Positions 54,232 through 62,957 of a DNA stretch of 64,000 nucleotides are shown piece after piece (position 1 is the first letter of the stretch; the number at the start of each line of letters is the position of its first letter). The notes beneath the pieces were generated by a model that worked only from the letters and a program-made list of their open reading frames with translations, ran no database searches and had not been told where the DNA came from. Location: the IMG/VR virus record IMGVR_UViG_3300050821_009835, positions 200,913-264,912 of that record; one strand, given 5' to 3'. The translations under genes were made by a program, and so were the position numbers.

Positions 54232-57200
54232 ATGGCAATTTTTGGGTCAACATCATATAATCCACCTGGGATTTATACATCAGTCGTTTTTGCAAATACC
54301 GGGGCACCACTTTTTCAGGCTGCTCGTATCCCGGTGGTGATCGGTGAAGGCACTCAATACTTTACTCAGACCAATGTTGAATTGTTCCGTGGATCTTCAA
54401 GCGTTGCAGACGATCAGGCAGTTAATGAGAACATCACCAATCAGGTAACTGGGCTTACTCGTAATTTTCAGACCACTTATTTCCCAGTCACAGACGGAAC
54501 AGGTAAGGGAATCACTTCTAATGATCCTGCTAGTGTTCAAGTCACAAGCATTGATACAAATGGTAATCAGATTCCTGTCACTGTGATTTCTTTAAACGGT
54601 GCAACTGGTCAATTTAGTACACAGACCATTGTCCCGACTGGGTTTGAACTTTTTATTACTTACTTTTTCAAACGTGGCGACACGTTCATCGCGAATGAAA
54701 ATGAGGCGGCTCAGATTCCAGCTTTTGCAACTCAGACTGTTGTTGGGGCAGCTGCGGGAAGTCCACCAACAGTCGGCTCTGTTACCCTCAGTCTTGCTAA
54801 TCCTGGAGTTTTGGGAAACCTGGTCAGCTTGCAGTTCGTAGCAGGTCCGGCTGTTCCAGATGCTTTGGCTGTAACTGGAGCTGGCACAGATGAAATCATC
54901 ATCAACACTACTTCACAGGCTTCGACTCCACGCACTTTGACTGATCTCGTTTCTTTGATTAACGCAGGGATCCTGACTCTGGATGGCGGTTATTTGACTG
55001 CTGGCAGTATCGCGGGTAATCCATTAACTACATTGATTGCAGGTGGCGCGGTTCTATTTGCCGGTGGTGTAGGTCAGTCTACGAATACGACTTTCCAGAC
55101 CAAATTTGGTCCAATTACGGATGGATCTAATGGTGGTATTGTCACAACCAATCCAACCTTAATCACAGTCTTAGTCGATGGGCTGCCAGCAGTTGTTTCT
55201 TCTTTGAATGGGGCGCAGAGTCAATTCACCCTGGCTCAGCCTGTGGCATACGGTAGCACGCTCACGGCTTCTTATTACTACAACACCTGGGCCAACACGT
55301 TTGATTTACTCCCAGCTTCCAACGTCCAAAGCATTGTTGAGGTTGGCCTCGGACCGAATCGTAGCGATTTTGTCGAGGATGTTGACTTCACTCTTGGCGT
55401 AGACGCCGACGGCAATGGTACCGTCATTTGGGGTCCGGCTGTCAATGAAGCCATTGGGGTTTCTGCTACTGGTGAAACTGCTAATTTTACTCCTCAAGAG
55501 ATTGTCGCATCTGTGGTTGACGAACAAGTATTCCTTCGTCCAATTACAGGTTCTGTCAATGGCAGAAACGCAGTTTTTATTCTGCAGGATACACCAACGG
55601 ATGGAACGGGACAGAATAAGGCTACAAACAACCCATCTTTGATCAACGTGTATGTAGGCGAAGATCCTTTGGAGGCGTTCTTTGCCGGCCCGCAAACTGT
55701 GCTACGACTTTCTGGAACTGCACAGCAATTCACGCTTCAAAATCCTCCGGCGTCTGGAAATGGCGTCTGGGCCAGTTACTATCGCAACACACTCGAAACT
55801 CATGAATATTCCGTAACAGTTGTCAATCCGGGTTATGGCGGATTGGGTTCGTTTATCGTTACAGATGAACTGGAACGAATTGCACCTTTGGCGACTTTTG
55901 TCAGTGGCCACGTAGCACAGAATGCCGGATTCCAAGCAACAGGCATTGTTTACCCAAATGGTACCCCTGATCTTCAAGCTCAGGCGGGTGCAGCGGTTGA
56001 TGAAACTGTTACTTTAACGTTCAACAATGACGGTTCCGCTACTTTAATCCCAGCGACTTCTGCGGGGGTAGTTATTCCTGGTGCTTCAGGTAATTTGACT
56101 TTTACAGCAGGTATCCCAGGTGCGGGCGGAAACTCAGTAACGATAGCGGTTGATGTAACAACTCAGTACCCGCAAGCCTCTGCCCCGGTCTTAGTGAGTG
56201 GGAACGCAATTACTATCTATGCCAATTACAACGGAACGTTGGCAACAAATGCCCAAATTGCAGCTTATTTCCCCTCTGCTGAAACGACAACGGGTGGGGT
56301 GATTACGGCTCATTTTACGGCAGGATCTCCAAAGGTTACAGCAGCAACGGCATTGACTGGCGGAGCGAACGCTGTCACAGTCCCTGTGACTCATAGCTAC
56401 ACGGTCACTTCCAACAATTCTGTGGGTGGTTCTGGAACTGCTGGCAGTAACATTGGGTATCTTGATCAAACCTATGAAGATTTGGCTACAGGGTTCCGTA
56501 TTACAGTTGTAAACCCCGCAGACCATGCCTCTTACGGTGTGCTCAGCATTCCAGAAGGTTACAATTTCGTCCCTGGCGATACACTCACTTTCCAAGTGAA
56601 TGTCGATGCTGCAAGTGGTTCACATCCAGCGGTTCGTTTCTGTGGAACCCCAGGTGTCGCACCTGCTCAATTCAACAATTTGATTTGTATTCCTGGTCTT
56701 CACTTGACTGTCATCAGCAATTTCCAGAGTACAGCGGGAGACTCTGTAATTCTTAGCACTTTCCGTGGAAGCGGCGCTGGCCCGAATGTAGGTGAGTATT
56801 ACTACGTCACCTTCACTACAGGTAAAACTGCTGCCGATTATGCAATTAAGGTCTACAATAATCCTTCGGACGCATACACTGCATATGGTCAGCCATCTAC
56901 AGTCAATCGCCTTAGCTTGGGAATTCAATTCTTGACTGAGAATGGAACGCAAACCTTTGCAGCCATTCAGGTTCCTGTCGTACCAGGAACTAATCAGGCG
57001 GCGGATAGCGATTTCATTGCTGCAATTCAGAGCTTGGCTGCCGCGCTGCCGGGTACAGATGATCAATATGTTGCTGGCGTCATTCCTCTCAGCACCAGCA
57101 CAACGGTGCACCAGAGTTTGAGTCGCTTCTTGATCACCCAGTCAGCTCCAACAATTCAAGCATTTGGAATTGGTTTCGTGGGATATGATCAATTCACAAC

Positions 57201-57846
57201 TGCCAACGAAGCTGTTGCAAATGCAGTAGCTCTGCAAAATGAGCGCATGATCGCCATTGGAAATGCGGTTGCTGGAGTACTCATCACAGATCCTAAGACG
57301 GGTGTTTCAGTTGAATATCCAGTTTCGGGTGAGTTCATGGCGGCTGGTTTGGCAGGTTTGGAATTCAACCCAGCCAACGATGTTGCTACAACTCTTACCA
57401 ACCAGCAGATCACTGGATTCAGTCGTCTGCTCATTATGTATGATATTCCAACCATGAATTTGATGGCTGCAAGTGGGCTGACTGTTCTCTTGAATAATCA
57501 GGGTGCATTGAAAGTTCGCCACTACAAGACAACAGACCCAACTTCTACTCTTACGAGTGAACCAACCAGTGTTACTTCAATCGACTACCTACGGGAGTCT
57601 TTCGAATCTGGGATGCAGCAGTTCATCGGTCGTAAACTGGTGACAGCTCTGGTGACAGATGTTCAAGTTCAAGCCAATAGCATTTTGAACAGTTGGGTGC
57701 AGAACAACCTGGGTTCTGGGTACATGAACCTAGTGGTGCAGCCAGATGCCTCTGATCCGACAACAGTCGATATCAGTGTGCTTGTAAAGCCAATGTTCTC
57801 GCTTTTGTATATTCCCGTAACGTTTACTGTTACGACGAGCCTCTAA
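54232..57846 (+). CDS. Tail sheath protein
   Basis: YNPPGIYT N-terminus; C-terminal GEFMAAGLAG, N.VATTLT...ITGF, VRHYKTT, DYLR...FIGRK, VDISV..KPMFSLLYI.V. Confidence 0.9.
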   Translation: MAIFGSTSYNPPGIYTSVVFANTGAPLFQAARIPVVIGEGTQYFTQTNVELFRGSSSVADDQAVNENITNQVTGLTRNFQTTYFPVTDGTGKGITSNDPASVQVTSIDTNGNQIPVTVISLNGATGQFSTQTIVPTGFELFITYFFKRGDTFIANENEAAQIPAFATQTVVGAAAGSPPTVGSVTLSLANPGVLGNLVSLQFVAGPAVPDALAVTGAGTDEIIINTTSQASTPRTLTDLVSLINAGILTLDGGYLTAGSIAGNPLTTLIAGGAVLFAGGVGQSTNTTFQTKFGPITDGSNGGIVTTNPTLITVLVDGLPAVVSSLNGAQSQFTLAQPVAYGSTLTASYYYNTWANTFDLLPASNVQSIVEVGLGPNRSDFVEDVDFTLGVDADGNGTVIWGPAVNEAIGVSATGETANFTPQEIVASVVDEQVFLRPITGSVNGRNAVFILQDTPTDGTGQNKATNNPSLINVYVGEDPLEAFFAGPQTVLRLSGTAQQFTLQNPPASGNGVWASYYRNTLETHEYSVTVVNPGYGGLGSFIVTDELERIAPLATFVSGHVAQNAGFQATGIVYPNGTPDLQAQAGAAVDETVTLTFNNDGSATLIPATSAGVVIPGASGNLTFTAGIPGAGGNSVTIAVDVTTQYPQASAPVLVSGNAITIYANYNGTLATNAQIAAYFPSAETTTGGVITAHFTAGSPKVTAATALTGGANAVTVPVTHSYTVTSNNSVGGSGTAGSNIGYLDQTYEDLATGFRITVVNPADHASYGVLSIPEGYNFVPGDTLTFQVNVDAASGSHPAVRFCGTPGVAPAQFNNLICIPGLHLTVISNFQSTAGDSVILSTFRGSGAGPNVGEYYYVTFTTGKTAADYAIKVYNNPSDAYTAYGQPSTVNRLSLGIQFLTENGTQTFAAIQVPVVPGTNQAADSDFIAAIQSLAAALPGTDDQYVAGVIPLSTSTTVHQSLSRFLITQSAPTIQAFGIGFVGYDQFTTANEAVANAVALQNERMIAIGNAVAGVLITDPKTGVSVEYPVSGEFMAAGLAGLEFNPANDVATTLTNQQITGFSRLLIMYDIPTMNLMAASGLTVLLNNQGALKVRHYKTTDPTSTLTSEPTSVTSIDYLRESFESGMQQFIGRKLVTALVTDVQVQANSILNSWVQNNLGSGYMNLVVQPDASDPTTVDISVLVKPMFSLLYIPVTFTVTTSL

Positions 57847-57870
57847 GTGAGTTGTAATTAAAGGATCTAG

Positions 57871-58314
57871 ATGTTAATTCACACAATCATCGGCCAGAAT
57901 CAAGGCATTATAAGCGTAACGGTCCAGTGTTCATTCAATGGGCAACCGTCGCCGCAACAAGATGCCATAGACAAATCCAAAATCTCTGCTTTTGGGGATC
58001 CTCCGATTAACATCGCGGGCAATTTTACTGACCCAAACAACAATCAATTCACTTTCCAATTCCCGACAACAGAATTGTGGGTTGGAGTAACAACCCAACT
58101 GTCATCACAAACAGCAAGATTTTATGTGGCGTTACCGGCAACAACAGTTCCCGGCCAATGTCCCCCAGTTCAGGGACCGTTGGATTGTATTACACCAAAT
58201 CCATCTGAAGCTGCGGATGCCTGGGTTGATGTAATTCAGTCGCGTATTTCGCAGGCTATGCTGGCATTACGATTGCAGATGTTGGTCCCGGTTATCCCCG
58301 ACGTATACGTTTAA
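57871..58314 (+). CDS. Hypothetical virion-associated protein
   Basis: AAGGA RBS, follows the sheath. Confidence 0.55.
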   Translation: MLIHTIIGQNQGIISVTVQCSFNGQPSPQQDAIDKSKISAFGDPPINIAGNFTDPNNNQFTFQFPTTELWVGVTTQLSSQTARFYVALPATTVPGQCPPVQGPLDCITPNPSEAADAWVDVIQSRISQAMLALRLQMLVPVIPDVYV

Positions 58315-58316
58315 AC

Positions 58317-58332
58317 CCATTGTTTACAATGG
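58317..58332. promoter_or_regulatory. Intergenic palindrome CCATTGT-TT-ACAATGG
   Basis: Perfect 7-bp inverted repeat in a 35-bp gap. Confidence 0.3.
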
Positions 58333-58348
58333 TCAGTGGAGAATGTGA

Positions 58349-59926
58349 ATGAAGTCGGCAATGTTAAATCGTCGTTTTAAAAAGCAAGCTACGGTGTTGG
58401 TTTCGCGCCAGACGCTCGAGCAGGCCATTATGGAAGGCCAAGCACTGGCTGAGAATTTACTTCAAACCAATCCAAATGATCCTTCATTGGATCAAATTGA
58501 ACAAGCAGTCGCTCGGCTGCAAGGTGTTTTTCAGGAGCCTGATTTAGAGGACAAACTGGACGACGCAAAACAACCGGGTTTCGCTGCTGAGATTAAAAAG
58601 GACGTGGATATGATCGCACAAACAAGACAGCAAGCTCGTGGAAATGGTGCAGCACCAATTGAAGCCGGGGCAGGTTCTAGTGATCGTGCTTGGACTACAG
58701 ATCGTGACGAAGACGGCAAGCCCAAGGCTCCAATACATGAGGAAATCCCTCGCATTCCATTAAGTGCAGCAAAAAAGAAAAAGGTGGCGGAACCCCCTGT
58801 GGCTGATCCTGCTGCGGCAGCGCCTGCACCATCAGCAGGAGGAGGCAACCCGATTGACTACATCCCAACTGAATCTTTGCTTAAGATTATCAGCGATATG
58901 CCAAAGGATGAAGATTTTGCTCAGAACAAGGGTAAACAGGACGCACTCATTCAGTTGACCAACATTCTCAAATCGCGTCCTGTAGTACCGCCAAAGCCAG
59001 AACCAGGCGCACAACCAGCTGCTATGCCTGTTGCGGCCTCTAAAAATGCCAAGGGAGAACCATTTGGCGGCAAGCAAGCTCCTCCATTCGGTTCTAAGAA
59101 AGAAGAAGGAAATGACAAGAAGGAAGATAAGGAAGCTTCTGCTAAGACAGCAGACGGTCAAATCTACGAGGCTCACCCGGCTGCTCCAGAACCTGCGACA
59201 GCTTTTGTCTCGGAAATCCCCCAATCCCAAGGTCACGTAGAACAGACCAAAGAGGCAACAAGCGGCGTCAGCCGTAAGAACGAACGTACAGATGAAGTTC
59301 CGTTCATCGGTAAGGATGCTGCGAGCAAGACTGCCGTAGCACCTCCGGGGTGGGAAGGCACTGTAAAAAGCATGAAGAATGAGAAGGGCATCGATAATCC
59401 CTATGCCCTGGCCTGGTCTATGAAAGACAAAGGCTTTACTCCGCATAAGGCATCCTTCGTTCTTCGTAAGCGCGGCGCGAAGTACCTCGTCGACAAATTC
59501 GCAGCAGGAACATCCCCTACGCAATGGACTGATGACGGCAAGAAAGGCGACATCATCGAAGATGGCGGACGTACTCCTGAAGTAGCTCAAGCTCACAAAC
59601 TTCGTGACGAAGCCCCGGCCAAGCTGGAACGCCCGGCTACGACTGATATGATGAAGTTGGCCTCAGCAGTCAAGGATGCAGAAGGCGTGGGTGAGAAACT
59701 CAAAGCCATGTATCTGGATGCCAAACCACTTCTCAATGAAAATTCCACAGCTCCGGTTCGTAATTTTGTCGAGTGTATCTACAAAGCATACAGTTTATGT
59801 GAAGATGCTGTGAAGACTCTCAACAAACAGGAATTGCAAGAGAAAGCTGAAGAGGAAGCCGCTGAGATAAAGAAGAACAACAAGAAATCTTCGTTGCTTG
59901 GTTTAGCCTACGCAGCTGCGGAATGA
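58349..59926 (+). CDS. Low-complexity A/K/E/P-rich head-associated (scaffold or internal) protein candidate
   Basis: Disordered composition; APPGWEGTVKSMK...DNPYALAWSMK module seen in large-phage head proteins. Confidence 0.45.
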   Translation: MKSAMLNRRFKKQATVLVSRQTLEQAIMEGQALAENLLQTNPNDPSLDQIEQAVARLQGVFQEPDLEDKLDDAKQPGFAAEIKKDVDMIAQTRQQARGNGAAPIEAGAGSSDRAWTTDRDEDGKPKAPIHEEIPRIPLSAAKKKKVAEPPVADPAAAAPAPSAGGGNPIDYIPTESLLKIISDMPKDEDFAQNKGKQDALIQLTNILKSRPVVPPKPEPGAQPAAMPVAASKNAKGEPFGGKQAPPFGSKKEEGNDKKEDKEASAKTADGQIYEAHPAAPEPATAFVSEIPQSQGHVEQTKEATSGVSRKNERTDEVPFIGKDAASKTAVAPPGWEGTVKSMKNEKGIDNPYALAWSMKDKGFTPHKASFVLRKRGAKYLVDKFAAGTSPTQWTDDGKKGDIIEDGGRTPEVAQAHKLRDEAPAKLERPATTDMMKLASAVKDAEGVGEKLKAMYLDAKPLLNENSTAPVRNFVECIYKAYSLCEDAVKTLNKQELQEKAEEEAAEIKKNNKKSSLLGLAYAAAE

Positions 59927-59953
59927 TCTGTTGTTTTAATCTGGTTTTAAACA

Positions 59954-59985
59954 GAAGACGCCTGTTTTTAATCGGGCGTCTTTTT
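59954..59985 (+). terminator. Rho-independent terminator
   Basis: AAGACGCCT / GGGCGTCTT stem followed by a T-run. Confidence 0.8.
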
Positions 59986-60004
59986 ACTTTGAAAAGGGAG
60001 ATTT

Positions 60005-60373
60005 ATGGGTGATAGATTTATTGGGTGGCTTGAAAAAACGGGTCATGATATAGAAAGTGCTTCTGTTAGATCTCTCCCTTACATAGCTACAGCAGGAGAG
60101 GCCACTGTTACTTTATTTTTACCAAGTGCAGCCCCTGCTATCAATTCGACCATCAATACAATTATCGCTACTGAACAAAAATACACCGCACTTGGAAGAC
60201 AGACTGGGAGTGGTGAGGAGAAGTTGGCCGATGTTATTGGGATCACTGGCCCCGCAATTGAGAAGCTTCTTCAGACTGCTGGAAAACCCAATACTTCTGC
60301 TGATGTTGCTAACGTGGTCAATTCATTAGTGACAATCATGAATTTAACTCCAACCGCCTCTACAAAAGCGTAA
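60005..60373 (+). CDS. Hypothetical protein, weakly holin-like
   Basis: GGGAG RBS; G.G.EKL motif with a hydrophobic mid-segment. Confidence 0.4.
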   Translation: MGDRFIGWLEKTGHDIESASVRSLPYIATAGEATVTLFLPSAAPAINSTINTIIATEQKYTALGRQTGSGEEKLADVIGITGPAIEKLLQTAGKPNTSADVANVVNSLVTIMNLTPTASTKA

Positions 60374-60376
60374 ATT

Positions 60377-61168
60377 ATGAAAAGGGTACTACTAGCCACT
60401 AAAATAGGTTGTCCCGTTATTTTAACGGTGGCAATTTGCCTTTTCCTTTGGCGAGCAGATAGAGCTTATCATCAGTTTCTTGGCGGTGTAACTCTTGCTC
60501 CTATCGCAAAAAACATCAATGATAGTATAGGAACAATCCCAAAGGTAACTGATGCTTTTTCAACCGCTGTTAATAATGCTTCAGCGGCGGCTTCAAATCT
60601 TAGTGCAGTAATTGCGGATGAACATAAATCGCAAACAGTGCAGAATAAAGAGTTAACAAAGATCATGGGAGAAGCTCGAGTCGCAATTACTCGAACTGAT
60701 TGTAACTTCAATGGTGGACCTGGATATGAGGGTGGCCCGCCCTGTGTGGGACTTCTACCCACTGTTCAAGAAACATTTAATCAACTCAAGCTTAGTCTCG
60801 AAGAAGTTGATAAGCTGACGGAAGCAGGGACATCTTTAGCTAATTCGGGAACAGCAGCAGTAAACTCGTTGAATTTAAGGATTTCTGACCCCAAGATTGA
60901 TTCAATCTTGGCGCACACAGATATGTTTATGCTCCATGCTCAAAACTCAGCAGATAATGTTGATATATTTACGCAACACGGCGACCACATCATTAGTTAC
61001 TTTGACGAACGTCTAACATCCCCAAGAGGCTTTATCAAAACGCTGGGTGCAGGACTTTTGGGTTTGGTGGTACCTGTAGCCAATTCATACTCAGCTTGGG
61101 GTAAACCGACTGCTGTAGTTAACACATTAACAGTTAAGAAACATTCGAAGGGAAAATCTGTTAAATAG
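60377..61168 (+). CDS. Membrane-anchored coiled-coil protein (spanin- or MCE-like candidate)
   Basis: N-terminal TM segment, long heptad region, two Cys. Confidence 0.4.
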   Translation: MKRVLLATKIGCPVILTVAICLFLWRADRAYHQFLGGVTLAPIAKNINDSIGTIPKVTDAFSTAVNNASAAASNLSAVIADEHKSQTVQNKELTKIMGEARVAITRTDCNFNGGPGYEGGPPCVGLLPTVQETFNQLKLSLEEVDKLTEAGTSLANSGTAAVNSLNLRISDPKIDSILAHTDMFMLHAQNSADNVDIFTQHGDHIISYFDERLTSPRGFIKTLGAGLLGLVVPVANSYSAWGKPTAVVNTLTVKKHSKGKSVK

Positions 61169-61173
61169 GGAAT

Positions 61174-61938
61174 TTACGTTAAAATACTAGCGGTGTTATA
61201 GCGAATACTGGGCTCAAGTTCTGAGAACGGTTTATTCCAGCGTAGGGCAGAACCTTTGCGACCTAACCAAGAGCGGTACTCATCCGTCATTAGAGCACTA
61301 ATTTTACGTAAATTAGCAGCCGTGTTGGGATGAGCGGATTTACCTTTTTGAGTCTCTGAACGTGCTTGTCTTACTTCTAGCGGAATTTCTCTACCTCGAA
61401 GTTTCTTGGCTCGTTTCTCTATCCACTCTGGGGATTGTTTTCTGCCGCGAGTTTTCTTACCCTGCGCTTCATAGGATGCTCGATTTCTAAGTAGTCCTCT
61501 AGCTTTTCTCTTTTTCCAACCAGCACGTAGGGATTCTTTGTGTGCTTCTGACAACGGTATACCAGTTAGAGCCTTGGAAACATTAGCATTCCATTCTGAA
61601 GTTCTCCAACGAATTACAGGTGGAATAGCTGCATAAGGATTATCGTTGTAGCAATGATCTCCCCAATGAGCATTGATAGCAAGTTGCTCATTATGTCTCA
61701 GTTCTTTCTTAATAGGTGAGCAATGGATGATTGGTTCAAATTCAAAAGCAGATTCTCCATATTTATTCCAATCAGCCTGAAGCCTTAAGTTATGATGGAC
61801 CCCTTTTCTAAGTTCCGCTAAGTGTTCTTTAAACCATCTTCGTTGAAAATTTTTAGAGCTTCCAACGTACACCCAATCTACTGCTGTACAACGAATGAGA
61901 TACACTCCACTATTTAGAATTGGAATATCTGTATACAT
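61174..61938 (-). CDS. GIY-YIG homing endonuclease with NUMOD3 repeats
   Basis: SGVYLIRC...VYVGSS.NFQRRW..H...L..G.HHN..LQ.DWNKYG; LSEAHKESL, QSPEWIEKR. Confidence 0.92.
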   Translation of the reverse strand: MYTDIPILNSGVYLIRCTAVDWVYVGSSKNFQRRWFKEHLAELRKGVHHNLRLQADWNKYGESAFEFEPIIHCSPIKKELRHNEQLAINAHWGDHCYNDNPYAAIPPVIRWRTSEWNANVSKALTGIPLSEAHKESLRAGWKKRKARGLLRNRASYEAQGKKTRGRKQSPEWIEKRAKKLRGREIPLEVRQARSETQKGKSAHPNTAANLRKISALMTDEYRSWLGRKGSALRWNKPFSELEPSIRYNTASILT

Positions 61939-62036
61939 ATCTATCTTGGGTTAGAAAGTCGCAATATCGCTAATTAAAAACGATCGCAAGATTTTTCCCA
62001 TTAAAGTAGGGTCGTTACCCTTTAAGGAGCTAACTT

Positions 62037-62905
62037 ATGTCACAACTTGGCTTAATAGCTAGGCCAAGAAAAATCTCTTCTGATTGACTTGAACCCTGAA
62101 ATGGGAACAAGGCGGAACCCGTAAAAGGGACCGTGAGAGACTAAGCGAAGAGACTCCGAAAAGGAGATGCGATAGTCCGCTCTCATGGGAATTATAAACC
62201 ATGAGAGGTAGGCAGAAATGCCCTACCCTCGTTCAAAGAGCGAGTAACAAAAAGGATATTTATCGTCAAGGTACCTCGGCACAGACTGAAACAGTTGTAA
62301 GCAGCCGATTTACTATTTTCAGCCCCGCTGTGGATGTGGGCAAATTCGTGAAATTGGGCGTGACTTCATCCTTCACGATCACAGAATCTAAGACCGTTGA
62401 TGCAGTACGCGGCCTTGGTTACGGTGATATCATCGCAGAATTAGTGCCTGGTGTCACTCAACCGATGACACTGGCGATCACTCGTACAGCTCTCTATCTA
62501 GCTAACCTCATGCAGATGATGGGTTATAAGGCGGGAGTATCGGGTGCTGTTCGTTCACTCAAACATCACAAGTGGCCCTTTGATATTCGTACTGAAATTG
62601 TTTTCTCGCAGATCGCTTCAGAAGACCCGAATATCCAGAATGCTACTTTAGCAGATATCCCGAATGAAGGCGGTTTAAACAATACGGGCAATCCTGGTCT
62701 ATATGCGGTTGCAACCGTATACGAAGGCTGCTGGATGGAGAACTACAACACAGGGTACCAGATTGAACAGGCCGCCGTGACTGAAGACTGCTCCGTTGTT
62801 GTTACAGACGTTTTCGACGTGGCTGGTAGTGTCTATGGTGAATTTATTGACAGTGGTAACAATACTGGCGATGCTACTGGTCGCTCTCTAATCTTCACCA
62901 CCTAA
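62037..62905 (+). CDS. Tail tube protein, spliced: join(62037..62052,62256..62905)
   Basis: AAGGAG RBS, ATG 62037. Spliced N-terminus MSQLGYIYRQGTSAQTETVVSSRF; tube-like VGV..SF..TESK.VD.VRGLGYGD.IAELVPG..PM.L.I.R. Confidence 0.85.
62053..62255 (+). ncRNA. ORF-less group I intron, 203 nt
   Basis: P1 CTTGGCT/GGCCAAG with U.G at the 5' splice site; P3 TCTCTTC/GAAGAGA; P4-P5 CTTG..CCC-TGAAAT-GGG..CAAG; P6 GCGG/CCGT; P7 G-A-GACTA/TAGTCC; P8 CTCC-GAAAA-GGAG; P9 TCTCATGG/CCATGAGA; terminal G; splicing restores the frame. Confidence 0.93.
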
Positions 62906-62911
62906 CAATCT

Positions 62912-62940
62912 AGGCGAAGGCATTTAAAATGCCTTCGCCT
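62912..62940. terminator. Perfect long hairpin after the tube gene (terminator or stabilising stem)
   Basis: AGGCGAAGGCATTT-A-AAATGCCTTCGCCT; no strong U-tract. Confidence 0.55.
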
Positions 62941-62957
62941 CATTAAGGTTGCCCGAA

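Noticed and set aside
58349-59926. K-x-A motifs as prohead protease cleavage sites
   Set aside because: Frequent, but the protein is so K- and A-rich that the count is not clearly above expectation by eye.
1408-60762. Numerous 60-250 aa antisense or shifted-frame ORFs inside long genes (e.g. 5426-5872, 31491-31976, 58832-59596)
   Set aside because: Shadow ORFs of well-supported genes, with no RBS or recognisable motifs.
62201-62255. Track start of the tube ORF (MRGRQKCPTLVQRASNKKD)
   Set aside because: It lies inside the intron P9 region. The real RBS and ATG are at 62037.
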